This document shows positions 9,443 through 18,418 of a stretch of 54,449 bases of DNA, piece by piece (the first letter of the stretch is position 1; every line of letters starts with the position of its first letter). Origin of the DNA: an uncultured Acidimicrobiia bacterium (GTDB taxonomy: Bacteria; Actinomycetota; Acidimicrobiia; Acidimicrobiales; AC-14); assembly GCA_963836205.1 (NCBI GenBank), contig CAWIIV010000021.1, forward strand, positions 1 through 54,449. Reading direction: 5' to 3'. A model generated the notes under the pieces. It made no database searches, was not told the DNA's origin, and worked only from the letters and a program-made list of their open reading frames with translations. The translations under genes and the position numbers were made by a program.

Positions 9443-10261
9443 ATGAACCGGACCCGGATGTGGGCCGTCGCCCGCAACGACCTGCGCCAGCTCGCCCGCA
9501 GCCCCGACTTCTGGGCCCCGATGCTCGTGCTGGCGGCCCTCTTCTTCGTCGTGATCCCGGTGATCCTGCTGCTCACGATCACCAACCTGGGCGACATCGC
9601 CACCGTGGCCAAGGTGTCGGCCGCCCTCGAGCTCCTGCCCCAGAAGGCCCAGGCCGCGGTCCGGGGGGCGTCGGCCGCCGACCGCACCACCTACGCCCTG
9701 GCCGTCTACCTGTTCGCCCCCCTCGCCGTCATCGTCCCCATGACGATCTCGACCGCCATCGCGGCCAACACGGTGGTGGGGGAGAAGGAGAAGGGGACGG
9801 GCGAGTTCCTGGCCCACTCGCCGGCGTCGGAGCGGGAGATCTACCTGGGCAAGCTGGTCGCCAGCCTCGTCCCCGGCTACGCCACGACCCTCATCGGCTT
9901 CGGGATCTACTCCCTCGCCGTCAACCTCATCGTCGGGCCCAACGTGGGCGGCTGGTTCTTCCCCACGAGGGCGTGGTGGGTGCTCATGCTGTGGGTGATC
10001 CCGCCCTTCCTGGCCATCACCCTGTCGGTGGTGCTCCGGCTGTCGGCCCGGGTCAAGAGCGCAGCCGCCGCCCAACAGGCGTCGGGCCTGGTGACGCTGC
10101 CCCTCATCGCCCTCTCCTACGGACAGGCGTCGGGCTCCCTGCTGGGGGCGAGCCGGAGCGGGCTGCTGGTGGGCGCCATCGCCTGGACGATCGCCATCCT
10201 CGGCCTCATGCGGGGAGCGAAGGCCGTCACCCGGGCCCGCCTGCTCGGCATCGACACCTGA
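9443..10261 (+). CDS. ABC-2 type permease
   Basis: About six TM segments; GEKEKGTGEFLAHSP...IYLGK motif. Confidence 0.88.
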   Translation: MNRTRMWAVARNDLRQLARSPDFWAPMLVLAALFFVVIPVILLLTITNLGDIATVAKVSAALELLPQKAQAAVRGASAADRTTYALAVYLFAPLAVIVPMTISTAIAANTVVGEKEKGTGEFLAHSPASEREIYLGKLVASLVPGYATTLIGFGIYSLAVNLIVGPNVGGWFFPTRAWWVLMLWVIPPFLAITLSVVLRLSARVKSAAAAQQASGLVTLPLIALSYGQASGSLLGASRSGLLVGAIAWTIAILGLMRGAKAVTRARLLGIDT

Positions 10262-10267
10262 GCCGAG

Positions 10268-10885
10268 TCAGAGCGGCCGCACCGACACCCACAGGGCCCG
10301 GGCGGGGGTGACGCCGGGGTTCGCCCACCGGTGGGGGCGGTCGGTGCGGAGGTGCAAGGCGTCGCCCGGCTCCATGCGGTAGGGGCGGCCGTCGACGTCG
10401 AACTCGAGGGCGCCCTCGAGGACGAAGACCAGCTCCTCGCCCTGGCGCTCGGCCCCGCCCGGGCCGTTGCCTGCGCCCGGCTCGACCGTCGCCACCGACC
10501 CGTCGAGGAGAAACCTCGCATACGAGCCGGTGATGGTGGCCATCTCCACGCCCGGCTGGGGGCTGAAGGCAGCCGGGCGACCGTCGGCGGGGGTGAACGC
10601 GACCGGCCCCGCGGCGGGGCCGTCCTCGTCGACGAACCACCCCACCGGGCGGTCGACCGCGTCGGCCAGCTTGAGCAGGGTGGTGATGGTGGGCACCATC
10701 CCGTTGCGCTCGATCTTGTGGATGGCGGCGGCCGACACGCCGGCCCGCTCGGCCAGCTGCTGCAGGGACAGGCCCCGCTGTTGGCGCAGCTCCCGCAGCC
10801 GGGGCCCGATGGCCCCGACGATGCGATCGACGGATGAGATCGGCTCGCTTGCGACCGCCGTGGTCGGCTCGCTGAGGTCTGTCAA
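10268..10885 (-). CDS. XRE-family HTH + cupin transcriptional regulator
   Basis: LRELRQQRGLSLQQLAERAGVS...KIERNG..PT; GEELVFVLEG...PGDAL...PHRWAN; divergent from the nitrile hydratase operon. Confidence 0.92.
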   Translation of the reverse strand: MTDLSEPTTAVASEPISSVDRIVGAIGPRLRELRQQRGLSLQQLAERAGVSAAAIHKIERNGMVPTITTLLKLADAVDRPVGWFVDEDGPAAGPVAFTPADGRPAAFSPQPGVEMATITGSYARFLLDGSVATVEPGAGNGPGGAERQGEELVFVLEGALEFDVDGRPYRMEPGDALHLRTDRPHRWANPGVTPARALWVSVRPL

Positions 10886-10917
10886 TTCCCGCCTCCTTGA
10901 CAGCGTGGGAAACGCAC

Positions 10918-10933
10918 GTCCAGTATAGTAAAC
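10918..10933. promoter_or_regulatory. Putative operator box 1 (GTCCAGTATAGTAAAC)
   Basis: AT-rich imperfect palindrome in the divergent XRE/oxidoreductase gap, with related boxes at 30996 and 34856. TTGACA lies at 10897 and TATAGT at 10924, but the 21-bp spacing is non-canonical. Confidence 0.6.
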
Positions 10934-10971
10934 GCCTTCGGCCGGCCCGTCGATGTCCCGAGGGGGAGGAC

Positions 10972-12327
10972 TTGGCTCAAAGGATCGTGGTTGTGGGTGG
11001 GGGCGCCGCCGGCATCGGTGCCGCCGGCGCGGCCAAGGCTACCGACCGCGACGCCGGGGTCACCGTCTTCACCGAGTACGAGGACGCCGCCTACAGCCCG
11101 TGCGGCATCCCCTACGTCCACGGCAAGGAGATTCCGGACTTCGAGCGCCTCTTCCTGGCCACCAAGGAGGCGTACCGGGAGAACGGGATCGACATCCACT
11201 ACGACACCAAGGTCACCGCCCTCGACGTCGCCCGCAAGAACATCACCGTCGACGGGGCCGAGGTGGGCTGGGACCGGCTGATCCTCGGCACCGGGTTCGA
11301 CTACGCCGACCCCGGCATCCCCGGCACCGACCTGGGCGGGCTCTACTACGTCAAGAACATCCGCCGGGCCATGGAGTGGGACAAGGTCCTCGACACGGTC
11401 AAGGTCGCGGTGGTGGTGGAGGCGTCGCCCCTCGGCCTGGAGATGGTGACCGCCCTCGCCCACCGGGGCATCGAGACCCACCTGGTCGACAAGGCGCCGT
11501 GGGCCCTGGCCGAGGCGGCCGACCCCGACATCGCCGAGCCGGTGCAGGAGTCGTGGGCCGAGATGGGCGTGAAGATGCACTGGAACACCCCCGCCCGGGC
11601 CTTCGTCGGCGACGACGACGGCCAGGTCACGGCGGTGCGCACCGACGCCGGCGACCTTCCCGCCGACCTCGTCGTGGTGTGCACCAAGAAGCAGCCCAAC
11701 GCCCGCCTGGCCGCGTCCGCCGGACTCAAGATCGGCTCCACCGGCGGGATCGTGGTCGACGAGCGCATGCGCACGTCGCACCCCGACGTCTACGCCGCCG
11801 GCGACTGCACCGAGGTGCCCCACGGCGTGGCCAACCTGCCCATCCAGGGACTCTCCGGCAGCCACGCCTACGCCCAGGGCAAGGTGGCGGGCACCAACGC
11901 CGCCGGCGGCACCCGGGCCTACCAGCCGGTGTACGTCCCCTGGGGGATGGTGGCGGGCAAGTGGATGATCGGTGGCGTCGCCTTCGGGGAGACGCTGGCC
12001 ACCGCCTTCGGCATCCCCCACGTGGTGGGCGTCGCCAACGGGATCTCCCGGGCCCGGTACTACCCCGGCGTGAAGAAGGTGCGGGTGAAGCTGCTGGCCG
12101 AGCCGGGCAGCCTGCGCCTCATCGGGGCCCAGATGGTGGGGGGAGAGGGGATCAAGGAGCGGGCCGACTTCCTGGGCATGGCCGTCAAGACGGGGATCAC
12201 GCTCCGCGACCTGGCCACCATGGAGAACGTCTACTCGCCCCCGATCGGCGCCCTCAACGAGCCCATCTCGGTGGCGGCCCAGAACGCCCTGGCCGGCCTG
12301 GCGCCAAGCGTCAAGAGGCCAGGGTGA
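10972..12327 (+). CDS. FAD-dependent pyridine nucleotide-disulfide oxidoreductase (NADH oxidase/CoA-disulfide reductase family)
   Basis: GGGAAG FAD motif, YSPCGIPY redox Cys, TSHPDVYAAGDC, C-terminal YSPP; TTG start after GGAGG. Confidence 0.88.
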   Translation: MAQRIVVVGGGAAGIGAAGAAKATDRDAGVTVFTEYEDAAYSPCGIPYVHGKEIPDFERLFLATKEAYRENGIDIHYDTKVTALDVARKNITVDGAEVGWDRLILGTGFDYADPGIPGTDLGGLYYVKNIRRAMEWDKVLDTVKVAVVVEASPLGLEMVTALAHRGIETHLVDKAPWALAEAADPDIAEPVQESWAEMGVKMHWNTPARAFVGDDDGQVTAVRTDAGDLPADLVVVCTKKQPNARLAASAGLKIGSTGGIVVDERMRTSHPDVYAAGDCTEVPHGVANLPIQGLSGSHAYAQGKVAGTNAAGGTRAYQPVYVPWGMVAGKWMIGGVAFGETLATAFGIPHVVGVANGISRARYYPGVKKVRVKLLAEPGSLRLIGAQMVGGEGIKERADFLGMAVKTGITLRDLATMENVYSPPIGALNEPISVAAQNALAGLAPSVKRPG

Positions 12328-12328
12328 C

Positions 12329-12649
12329 GTGGCCTCCTTCTCCCACTGGCTGCGGCAGAACTCCGAGCACTACCTGCTGGTCGACGCCCAGCGGCGGATC
12401 GCGGCCCGCGACGGCCTCGATCCGCCCCCGCCGCCCCGGGGCCTGCGCGACCAGTTCTGGCTCGGCGTGTTCGCCCCTGCCTACCGGCGGCTGCCCTGGA
12501 AGCTGCGGCGGATGACCATCCAGCTCATGCCGGGCAGCCACCGCCAGACCTGGACCCAGCCGCCACGGCGTGGCACCCCGGCGGTCGGCCCAGTCCCACC
12601 ACCGATGCCGCAGACCACCGATCCCGAGAACCCGAAAACGGAAAACTGA
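12329..12649 (+). CDS. Small hypothetical protein in the nitB operon
   Basis: Tightly packed between the oxidoreductase and nitB; GC3-biased codons; Trp/Arg-rich. Confidence 0.7.
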   Translation: MASFSHWLRQNSEHYLLVDAQRRIAARDGLDPPPPPRGLRDQFWLGVFAPAYRRLPWKLRRMTIQLMPGSHRQTWTQPPRRGTPAVGPVPPPMPQTTDPENPKTEN

Positions 12650-12658
12650 GGAGCGTAG

Positions 12659-13147
12659 ATGCCGAAGACCGTCAACAACGAACGGCCCGCCGACGGAGAG
12701 GTCCTGTTCAACACCGAGGAGAAGCTCTTCGAGGACATCAAGGCCAACCCCGGGGAGAAGGCGTTCGTCTTCATCCACACCGTTCCCTACGAGGGATCGG
12801 TGGCGCTGGTGAACCTGCTGACCTCGACCCGCCTGGTGCGCAAGGGCTTCGACGTCAACATCATCCTGTACGGCCCGGGCGTGCTGCTGGCCTCGGGCAC
12901 CAGGGGCTTCCCGGCGGTGGGCCAGGAGGCCTTCCCCGGCCACATGGCCATCAACAACCAGATCAAGACCCTCATCCGGGAGGGGGCGAAGGTCTACGCC
13001 TGCCGCTTCGCCATGGGCGCCCTCTACGGCTTCCGGGAGGACGACCTCATCGACGGCGTCATTCCCTTCCATCCTCTCGACGTGCTCGACTCCGCCCTCA
13101 CCGCGTGGCGGGCGGGAGCCTTCCAGATCAACACCTGGACCGTCTGA
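12659..13147 (+). CDS. nitB: MSMEG_0572/Sll0783 (NitB-like) DsrE-fold protein
   Basis: EEKLFEDIKANPGEKA, HTVPYEGSVALVNLL, RGFP..G.EAFPGH, VYACRFA, C-terminal TWTV, all characteristic of this family. Confidence 0.88.
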   Translation: MPKTVNNERPADGEVLFNTEEKLFEDIKANPGEKAFVFIHTVPYEGSVALVNLLTSTRLVRKGFDVNIILYGPGVLLASGTRGFPAVGQEAFPGHMAINNQIKTLIREGAKVYACRFAMGALYGFREDDLIDGVIPFHPLDVLDSALTAWRAGAFQINTWTV

Positions 13148-13152
13148 GACCT

Positions 13153-13194
13153 GGAGCTGCCGCGCCCGGTTCCGCCGGCCGGGCGCGGCGCTCC
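13153..13194 (+). promoter_or_regulatory. Strong intercistronic hairpin between nitB and nitrile hydratase beta
   Basis: GGAGC-T-GCCGCGCCCGG pairs with CCGGGCGCGGC-GCTCC; no U-tract. Confidence 0.6.
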
Positions 13195-13224
13195 GCCCAT
13201 CACGAGCTTCGAGGAGGTCGAACG

Positions 13225-13893
13225 TTGGACACCGTCGCCGACATGGGCGGCATGCAGAACTTCGGATCGGTCCAGCTCACGCCCCCCGACGACCCGCCCT
13301 TCCACGAGGAGTGGGAACGGCGGGCGTTCGCCATGGCCCTGCTCTCCATGCGGCTGTCGGGCACCAACCTGAACGCGTTCCGCCACGCCCTCGACCGTCA
13401 GCACCCGATCGACTACTTCGCCTTCGGCTACTACGGGCGGTGGCTGAAGATGGCCGAGAACCTCCTCACCGACAGCGCCATCATCGCCCCCGGGGCGGTC
13501 GACGCCCGGGCCCGCAAGCTCCGGGGCGAGCACGTGGAGGAGCCCCCGGCGCCCGAGCCGAAGAAGCCCGACTACACGCCCACCGCCGCCGGCTCGATCA
13601 GGCAGGTCGACGACTCCCCGAAGTTCGCAGTGGGTGACCGGGTGCGGGCCAGGGACATCCACCCACCGGGCCATACCCGCCTGACCCGGTACGTGCGGGG
13701 GCGCACCGGAGAGGTGCGGATGATCCAGCCGGCGATGGTGCTGCCCGACACCCACGCCCACTTCCTGGGCGAGAACGCCCAGTACGTGTACGCGGTGGCG
13801 TTCGAGTCGACCGAGCTGTGGGGTGACGACGCCGAGGCGTTCACCCTGACCATCGACCTGTCCGAGTCCTACCTGGAGGCCGCCTCGTCATGA
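13225..13893 (+). CDS. nthB: Nitrile hydratase beta subunit
   Basis: [50 protein letters not shown]; TTG start with GAGGAGG SD. Confidence 0.93.
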   Translation: MDTVADMGGMQNFGSVQLTPPDDPPFHEEWERRAFAMALLSMRLSGTNLNAFRHALDRQHPIDYFAFGYYGRWLKMAENLLTDSAIIAPGAVDARARKLRGEHVEEPPAPEPKKPDYTPTAAGSIRQVDDSPKFAVGDRVRARDIHPPGHTRLTRYVRGRTGEVRMIQPAMVLPDTHAHFLGENAQYVYAVAFESTELWGDDAEAFTLTIDLSESYLEAASS

Positions 13894-14492
13894 GTGTCAG
13901 CGATACCGACGCCGAGCGCCTGCCGATCGCCCTGCGCACCGAGGCGCTGGAGTCGATCCTGGTCGAGCGGGGCCTGGTCGACCCCAAGGTGATGGACGGG
14001 TTCATCAAGAACTACGAGGAGAACGTCGGTCCCATGAACGGGGCCAAGGTGGTGGCCAAGGCCTGGGTCGACCCCGAGTACAGGGCCCGCCTGCTGGCGG
14101 AGGGGACGTCGGCCATCGCCGAGCTGGGCTTCAAGGGGCCCCAGGGCGACCGCATCGTGGTGATGGAACAGACGCCCGACACGCACCACGTGGTCGTGTG
14201 CACCCTGTGCTCCTGCTACCCGTGGCCGGTGCTGGGGCTGCCGCCGGCCTGGTACAAGGACCCCGCCTACCGGTCCCGGATGGTGCGTGAACCCCGGAAG
14301 CTGTTGGCCGAGATGGGCCTCGACCTCGCCGACGACGTGGCCGTCGAGGTGTGGGACAGCGTCTCCGAGGTGCGCTACATGGTGCTGCCCGAGCGTCCGG
14401 CGGGCACCGAGGACATGTCGGAGGAGGAGCTGGCCGGCCTCGTCACCCGGGACGCCATGGTCGGGGTGGCCCGGGTGGCGCCGCCGTCATGA
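13890..14492 (+). CDS. nthA: Nitrile hydratase alpha subunit, cobalt type
   Basis: [21 protein letters not shown] (Thr and Tyr indicate Co-type), [21 protein letters not shown]. Confidence 0.96.
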   Translation: MSVSDTDAERLPIALRTEALESILVERGLVDPKVMDGFIKNYEENVGPMNGAKVVAKAWVDPEYRARLLAEGTSAIAELGFKGPQGDRIVVMEQTPDTHHVVVCTLCSCYPWPVLGLPPAWYKDPAYRSRMVREPRKLLAEMGLDLADDVAVEVWDSVSEVRYMVLPERPAGTEDMSEEELAGLVTRDAMVGVARVAPPS

Positions 14493-14857
14493 CGGTCACC
14501 GTCGGGGTGCTCGACGTCTACGGTCCGGCCTCGCCGCCCCGCAGCAACGGCGAGCTGGTCTTCGCCGAGCCGTGGGAGAGCCGGGCCTTCGGGCTGGCGC
14601 TGGCCTTGCACGAGGGCGGCGCCTTCGACTGGGAGGACTTCCGCCAGGAGCTGATCGCCACCATCGCGGTGTGGGAAGGGCCGTGGAGCTACTACCGGTG
14701 CTGGCTGGCCGCCCTCGAGTCGGTGTTGGCCGCCCGGGGGGTCGTGAGTCCGGCGGAGGTCGACCATCGGGCCCTCGCCTTGGCGATGCGCCCGACCGGC
14801 CACGACCACGGCGACGGCGGGCACGACCACGGCGACGGCGGGCACGACCACGGCTGA
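14489..14857 (+). CDS. Nitrile hydratase accessory/activator protein with His-rich tail
   Basis: [29 protein letters not shown]; tail (HDHGDGG)2HDHG encoded by a 21-bp repeat. Confidence 0.9.
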   Translation: MTVTVGVLDVYGPASPPRSNGELVFAEPWESRAFGLALALHEGGAFDWEDFRQELIATIAVWEGPWSYYRCWLAALESVLAARGVVSPAEVDHRALALAMRPTGHDHGDGGHDHGDGGHDHG

Positions 14858-15239
14858 GCTGGCAGTCGACGCCACCTGGGACGGCGGGTACCGCTGCCGG
14901 GTGAAGGCCCGGGACTTCGAGATCCGGGCCGACGAGCCGGTGAAGGCTGGTGGCGACGACACCGGGCCCCAGCCCACGGAGCTCTTCCTGGCGTCCCTCG
15001 CCTCGTGCTTCACCCTCGCCCTGGCCCACGTCGCCCGCAAGCGCGACATCGAGCTGCCCGACATCGCGGTGCGGGTGGTGGGCACCTACGACGGACCCAA
15101 GTTCGTCCACGTCCGGGTCGAGGTCAGCTCCAGCCATCCGCGGGACGAGTTGGAGAAGCTGGCCGAACGGGCATCCGCCGTCTGCTACGTGTCGAACACC
15201 ATTCGTGCGCTGCACGACACCGAGGTGGTAATCACATAG
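14850..15239 (+). CDS. OsmC/Ohr-family protein (start uncertain: ACG 14850, CTG 14859 or GTG 14901)
   Basis: ADEP...GGDDTGPQPTELFLASLASC, second Cys in CYVSNT; in-frame coding-like [15 protein letters not shown] upstream of the GTG. Confidence 0.85.
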   Translation, partial: TAELAVDATWDGGYRCRVKARDFEIRADEPVKAGGDDTGPQPTELFLASLASCFTLALAHVARKRDIELPDIAVRVVGTYDGPKFVHVRVEVSSSHPRDELEKLAERASAVCYVSNTIRALHDTEVVIT

Positions 15240-15253
15240 CGGAGGTGGTCCCC

Positions 15254-16180
15254 ATGGCCGACGTGATCGGGTTGTACCGGCGGGCGGTCGAGGAATTCGG
15301 CGCCCGGCTGCGGACAGTGTCCGCCGAGCAGTGGTCCGCGCCCACGCCCGACGCCGACTGGGACGTGCGGGCGCTGGTCAACCACGTGCTCAACGAGAAC
15401 CAGTGGGTGCCGCCGCTGCTGGAAGGCCTCACCATCGAGGACGTCGGCGACCGGTTCGAGGGCGACCAGTTGGGCGACGACCCCTTCTCCGCCTGGACCG
15501 ACGTGGCCGTGGCCGCCCTCGCCGCCTGCCAGGACGACGACGTGCCGCTGCGGGTGGTGCACGTGTCGTTCGGCGACATCACCGGCGAGGATTACCTGGC
15601 CCAGGTCACCACCGACCACGTGATCCACGCCTGGGACCTGGCCCGGGCCACGGGGGGCGACGAGCACCTCGACCCCGAGCTGGTCGACTTCGCCTACGGC
15701 TACCTCGCCCCCCAGGCCGAGATGTGGCGGGAGGCGGGTGCGTTCGGGCCCGCCACCAAGGCACCGGCCGGCGCCGACCGCCAGGCCGAGCTGCTGGCCC
15801 TCACCGGGCGTGACCCCCTCGGCACCGGCGAGCTGGCCGATGTGGCCGTCGCCGAGGAGGACGTCGACGACGAGAGCGGGAGTGACCAGCTGGCCACCCA
15901 CCTGGCCCTGCTGGCCGGCCAGGCCCGCACCATCCAGGGCGAGCTCGACAGCTACCTCACCACCCGCAGCCACTACTGGGACAACAAGGCCGAGGAGTGG
16001 GCCGCCGACCTGGGCCGCTACGACCGGGTGATCGTCGGGATGGCCCACATGCTCGGCTACCCGGTGCCGCCGCAACCGCCGCAGGGTGCGCAACGCCGCC
16101 TCAGCCGCGAGGAGCGGGCCGCCATCCAGGAGTTCCTGGAGGACCACAGCCTCGACCTCGGCCGCCCCCAGCCGACTTAG
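15254..16180 (+). CDS. TIGR03086/MDMPI-like (DinB superfamily) metal-binding protein with an extra C-terminal domain
   Basis: W.APTP..DWDVRALVNH, DHVIHAWDLARATG, LLALTGR, then about 110 additional residues. Confidence 0.82.
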   Translation: MADVIGLYRRAVEEFGARLRTVSAEQWSAPTPDADWDVRALVNHVLNENQWVPPLLEGLTIEDVGDRFEGDQLGDDPFSAWTDVAVAALAACQDDDVPLRVVHVSFGDITGEDYLAQVTTDHVIHAWDLARATGGDEHLDPELVDFAYGYLAPQAEMWREAGAFGPATKAPAGADRQAELLALTGRDPLGTGELADVAVAEEDVDDESGSDQLATHLALLAGQARTIQGELDSYLTTRSHYWDNKAEEWAADLGRYDRVIVGMAHMLGYPVPPQPPQGAQRRLSREERAAIQEFLEDHSLDLGRPQPT

Positions 16181-16310
16181 TGCTGTGGTAGGCAACGGTT
16201 GCCTCGTTGGTGGCGTGTGTGACTCCGAGCCGGCGTTCCGGGGCACACATGTGTCGACCTCGGCGTTGTGGCGGAGTTTGCCGGGCCCGCGGGCCCCGGG
16301 CAGCCGCCCT

Positions 16311-16877
16311 TCAAGCCGTGACTCGACTGGGCTGGTAACGCAGAGCCACCGCCCCCGACCGGAACTCCTGGCGCCCCACGAGCTTCAGCTCGAGCCGCTC
16401 GCTCAGGCCGGCGAACAACGTGGGTCCGTGGCCCGCCACGATGGGGTGCACGACAAACTCGTACTCATCGATCAAGCCCAGATCGGCCAAGGCCAGCGGG
16501 AGGGTCAGGCCTCCCACGAACAGGCCCCTGCCCGGCTCCTGCTTGAGCTGCTGAACGGCTTTCCCCAGGTCACCCTGGACGAGCTCCGCGTTCCAATCGA
16601 CCCGGTCGAGGGTGCTCGACACGACGTACTTCTTCGCCCCGTCGATCGTCCGGGCGAAGGGGATCATCCAATCGGCCATCCAGTCAGGCCATGTTCCCGT
16701 CGCCGGCTGCCGCCACGCCGCCTCCATCATCTCGTAGACCACCCGGCCAAGGAGCAGAGCATCGGCTCGTTCCAGCTGGGCGGCCCAATAGCGATGCGAC
16801 TCCTCGTCCGGGCTCATCACCTGGTGATCGCAGCAGCCGTCGAGGGTGACGTTGATGGAGTATCGGAGCGGTCTCAT
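16311..16877 (-). CDS. Dihydrofolate reductase/RibD C-terminal family protein
   Basis: YSINVTLDG, LLLGRVVYEMM, KKYVVSSTL, GLIDEYEFVVHP..AGHG. Confidence 0.9.
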   Translation of the reverse strand: MRPLRYSINVTLDGCCDHQVMSPDEESHRYWAAQLERADALLLGRVVYEMMEAAWRQPATGTWPDWMADWMIPFARTIDGAKKYVVSSTLDRVDWNAELVQGDLGKAVQQLKQEPGRGLFVGGLTLPLALADLGLIDEYEFVVHPIVAGHGPTLFAGLSERLELKLVGRQEFRSGAVALRYQPSRVTA

Positions 16878-16946
16878 AGGTTGCACTCCCTTGCTGCGGT
16901 CGCAGGCACCTGGCGGACCGTCGTCAGACCGGCGCCGCCGCCATTT

Positions 16947-17013
16947 CTCATCGATCCCCCGGTCTCATCGATCCCCCGGTCTCATCGATCCCCCGGTCTC
17001 ATCGATCCCCCGG
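16947..17013. repeat. 17-bp tandem repeat x4 (CTCATCGATCCCCCGGT), intergenic
   Basis: Read directly; lies upstream of the DHFR-like gene. Confidence 0.95.
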
Positions 17014-17042
17014 GTCGGATCTGCTTGGAGGGCGCCGCGGCA

Positions 17043-18311
17043 TTAGCCCGGCGGCCCAGTCCCCGGCCCCGGTGGCTGGGTCCGCGGCGGCGGGGGCGCG
17101 GTCGGGGGCGCGGTCGGGGGCGAGCCTGGAGCTCCTGGCCCCGGCGGTGCCTGCCCCGGTGGCTTCTGGCCCTGCGTCCTCGTCCTCGGCGGCTGTGGTG
17201 CCTCCGGCCCCGCGGGCTGCGTCCCCGGCGCTGGCGTCTTCGGCGCCGGGGTCCCACGCCCCTGCGGCTTCTGGCCAGGTGGCGTCCGGCCTTGCGTCGT
17301 CGTCCTCGGTCGCTGTGGTGCCTGCGGCGCGACGGGTTGCGTCCCCGGAGCCCGTGTTCCCGACCGCTTCGACTTCGGGGCCTGGGATCCGGACGGCGAG
17401 CTCGTCCGCGGCGGCCGCGGGTCTGGCCCATCGGGGGGTCGGGCGGGCGGTGGCGGCGTCATCCGCGCCGGGACCCGCAGGCGGCGGGCGGCCAGCTCGC
17501 CGGCGAGTCCTCCGAGCAGCAGGCTGAGGGCGACCACGCCGAAGATCAGGCCGGGGACGGTGCCGATGTCGACGCTGCCGTCGAAGCGGGTGATGGCCAT
17601 GCCCGCCAACACCGCCAGCCACCAGCAGGCGGCGCAGGGCGGCTCCAGGATCTCGGCCTCGTTCTGGCGACCGATGCCCAGCAGGATGATCCCGAAGCCG
17701 AGCAGGAAGCTGGCGATGGCCCGGGCCGGCAGCGGGCCGAGGGGCCACGGCCATAGGGAGTCGGCGGTGCCGGGGGCGACGAACATCACCACCGCCACCA
17801 GCGACAACAGCGTCCCCTGGGCCAGGAAGAGGTAGCGGAGGCCGGGGAGGATGGGGGTGGACGCCCCCGGGCCGGCATCGGCCTCGTCGGAGCCCGGTTC
17901 CTCGAGCTGGCGGGCAAGGAGTACCCCGCTCGCCACCGGTGCGGCCAGATAGGCGAGCGTCCAGAACCAGGCCGCGACCAGGGCGACGGGTTCGTCGCTG
18001 CCGAAGTTGAACTGGTCGAGGTGCAGGAGCGTGGCCAGCGTCATGGTCGTGACGAAGGCCAGGGTGCCGACGTAACAGACCCGCACGGCCCGCCAGGCGG
18101 GCACGCCGTAACAGAGGAACGACAGCAGGCTGATCCCGAGGAAGCAGGCGCCGATGAAGTTGGCGGTGTCACCCCGGGCGATCGTCCAGGCGAAGAGGCT
18201 GTCGGTCTTCTCGGGGAACAGGAAGAGCACCAGCCCCGCCGCCCCGGAGAAGGCGCAGCCGGCGCCCCAGAAGAAGGTCCGGATCTGGGGGGTCACGGTC
18301 CGCGGTGCCAT
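17043..18311 (-). CDS. Multi-pass membrane protein with a Pro/Gln-rich repetitive C-terminal tail
   Basis: Two similar four-TM halves (FAWTI / LWPWPL); imperfect tail repeats (APGTQP..P.APQ.PRT.TQG..PPGQ). Confidence 0.75.
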   Translation of the reverse strand: MAPRTVTPQIRTFFWGAGCAFSGAAGLVLFLFPEKTDSLFAWTIARGDTANFIGACFLGISLLSFLCYGVPAWRAVRVCYVGTLAFVTTMTLATLLHLDQFNFGSDEPVALVAAWFWTLAYLAAPVASGVLLARQLEEPGSDEADAGPGASTPILPGLRYLFLAQGTLLSLVAVVMFVAPGTADSLWPWPLGPLPARAIASFLLGFGIILLGIGRQNEAEILEPPCAACWWLAVLAGMAITRFDGSVDIGTVPGLIFGVVALSLLLGGLAGELAARRLRVPARMTPPPPARPPDGPDPRPPRTSSPSGSQAPKSKRSGTRAPGTQPVAPQAPQRPRTTTQGRTPPGQKPQGRGTPAPKTPAPGTQPAGPEAPQPPRTRTQGQKPPGQAPPGPGAPGSPPTAPPTAPPPPRTQPPGPGTGPPG

Positions 18312-18418
18312 CGGGCAGCGGACACTACCGCTCCCGGACCAAGGCGGGGGAGCGAGCCGGCAGGGCGCCATCGCCGTTGACGACGCCCTGCGGGCTTACG
18401 GGTCCCGCCTGGGAATGC

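Noticed and set aside
13225-14492. Thiocyanate hydrolase or nitrile-hydratase-like leader peptide (NHLP) RiPP precursor
   Set aside because: The beta subunit is a single full-length chain and alpha keeps the full CTLCSC metal site, so this is a conventional two-subunit NHase. Its substrate remains open.
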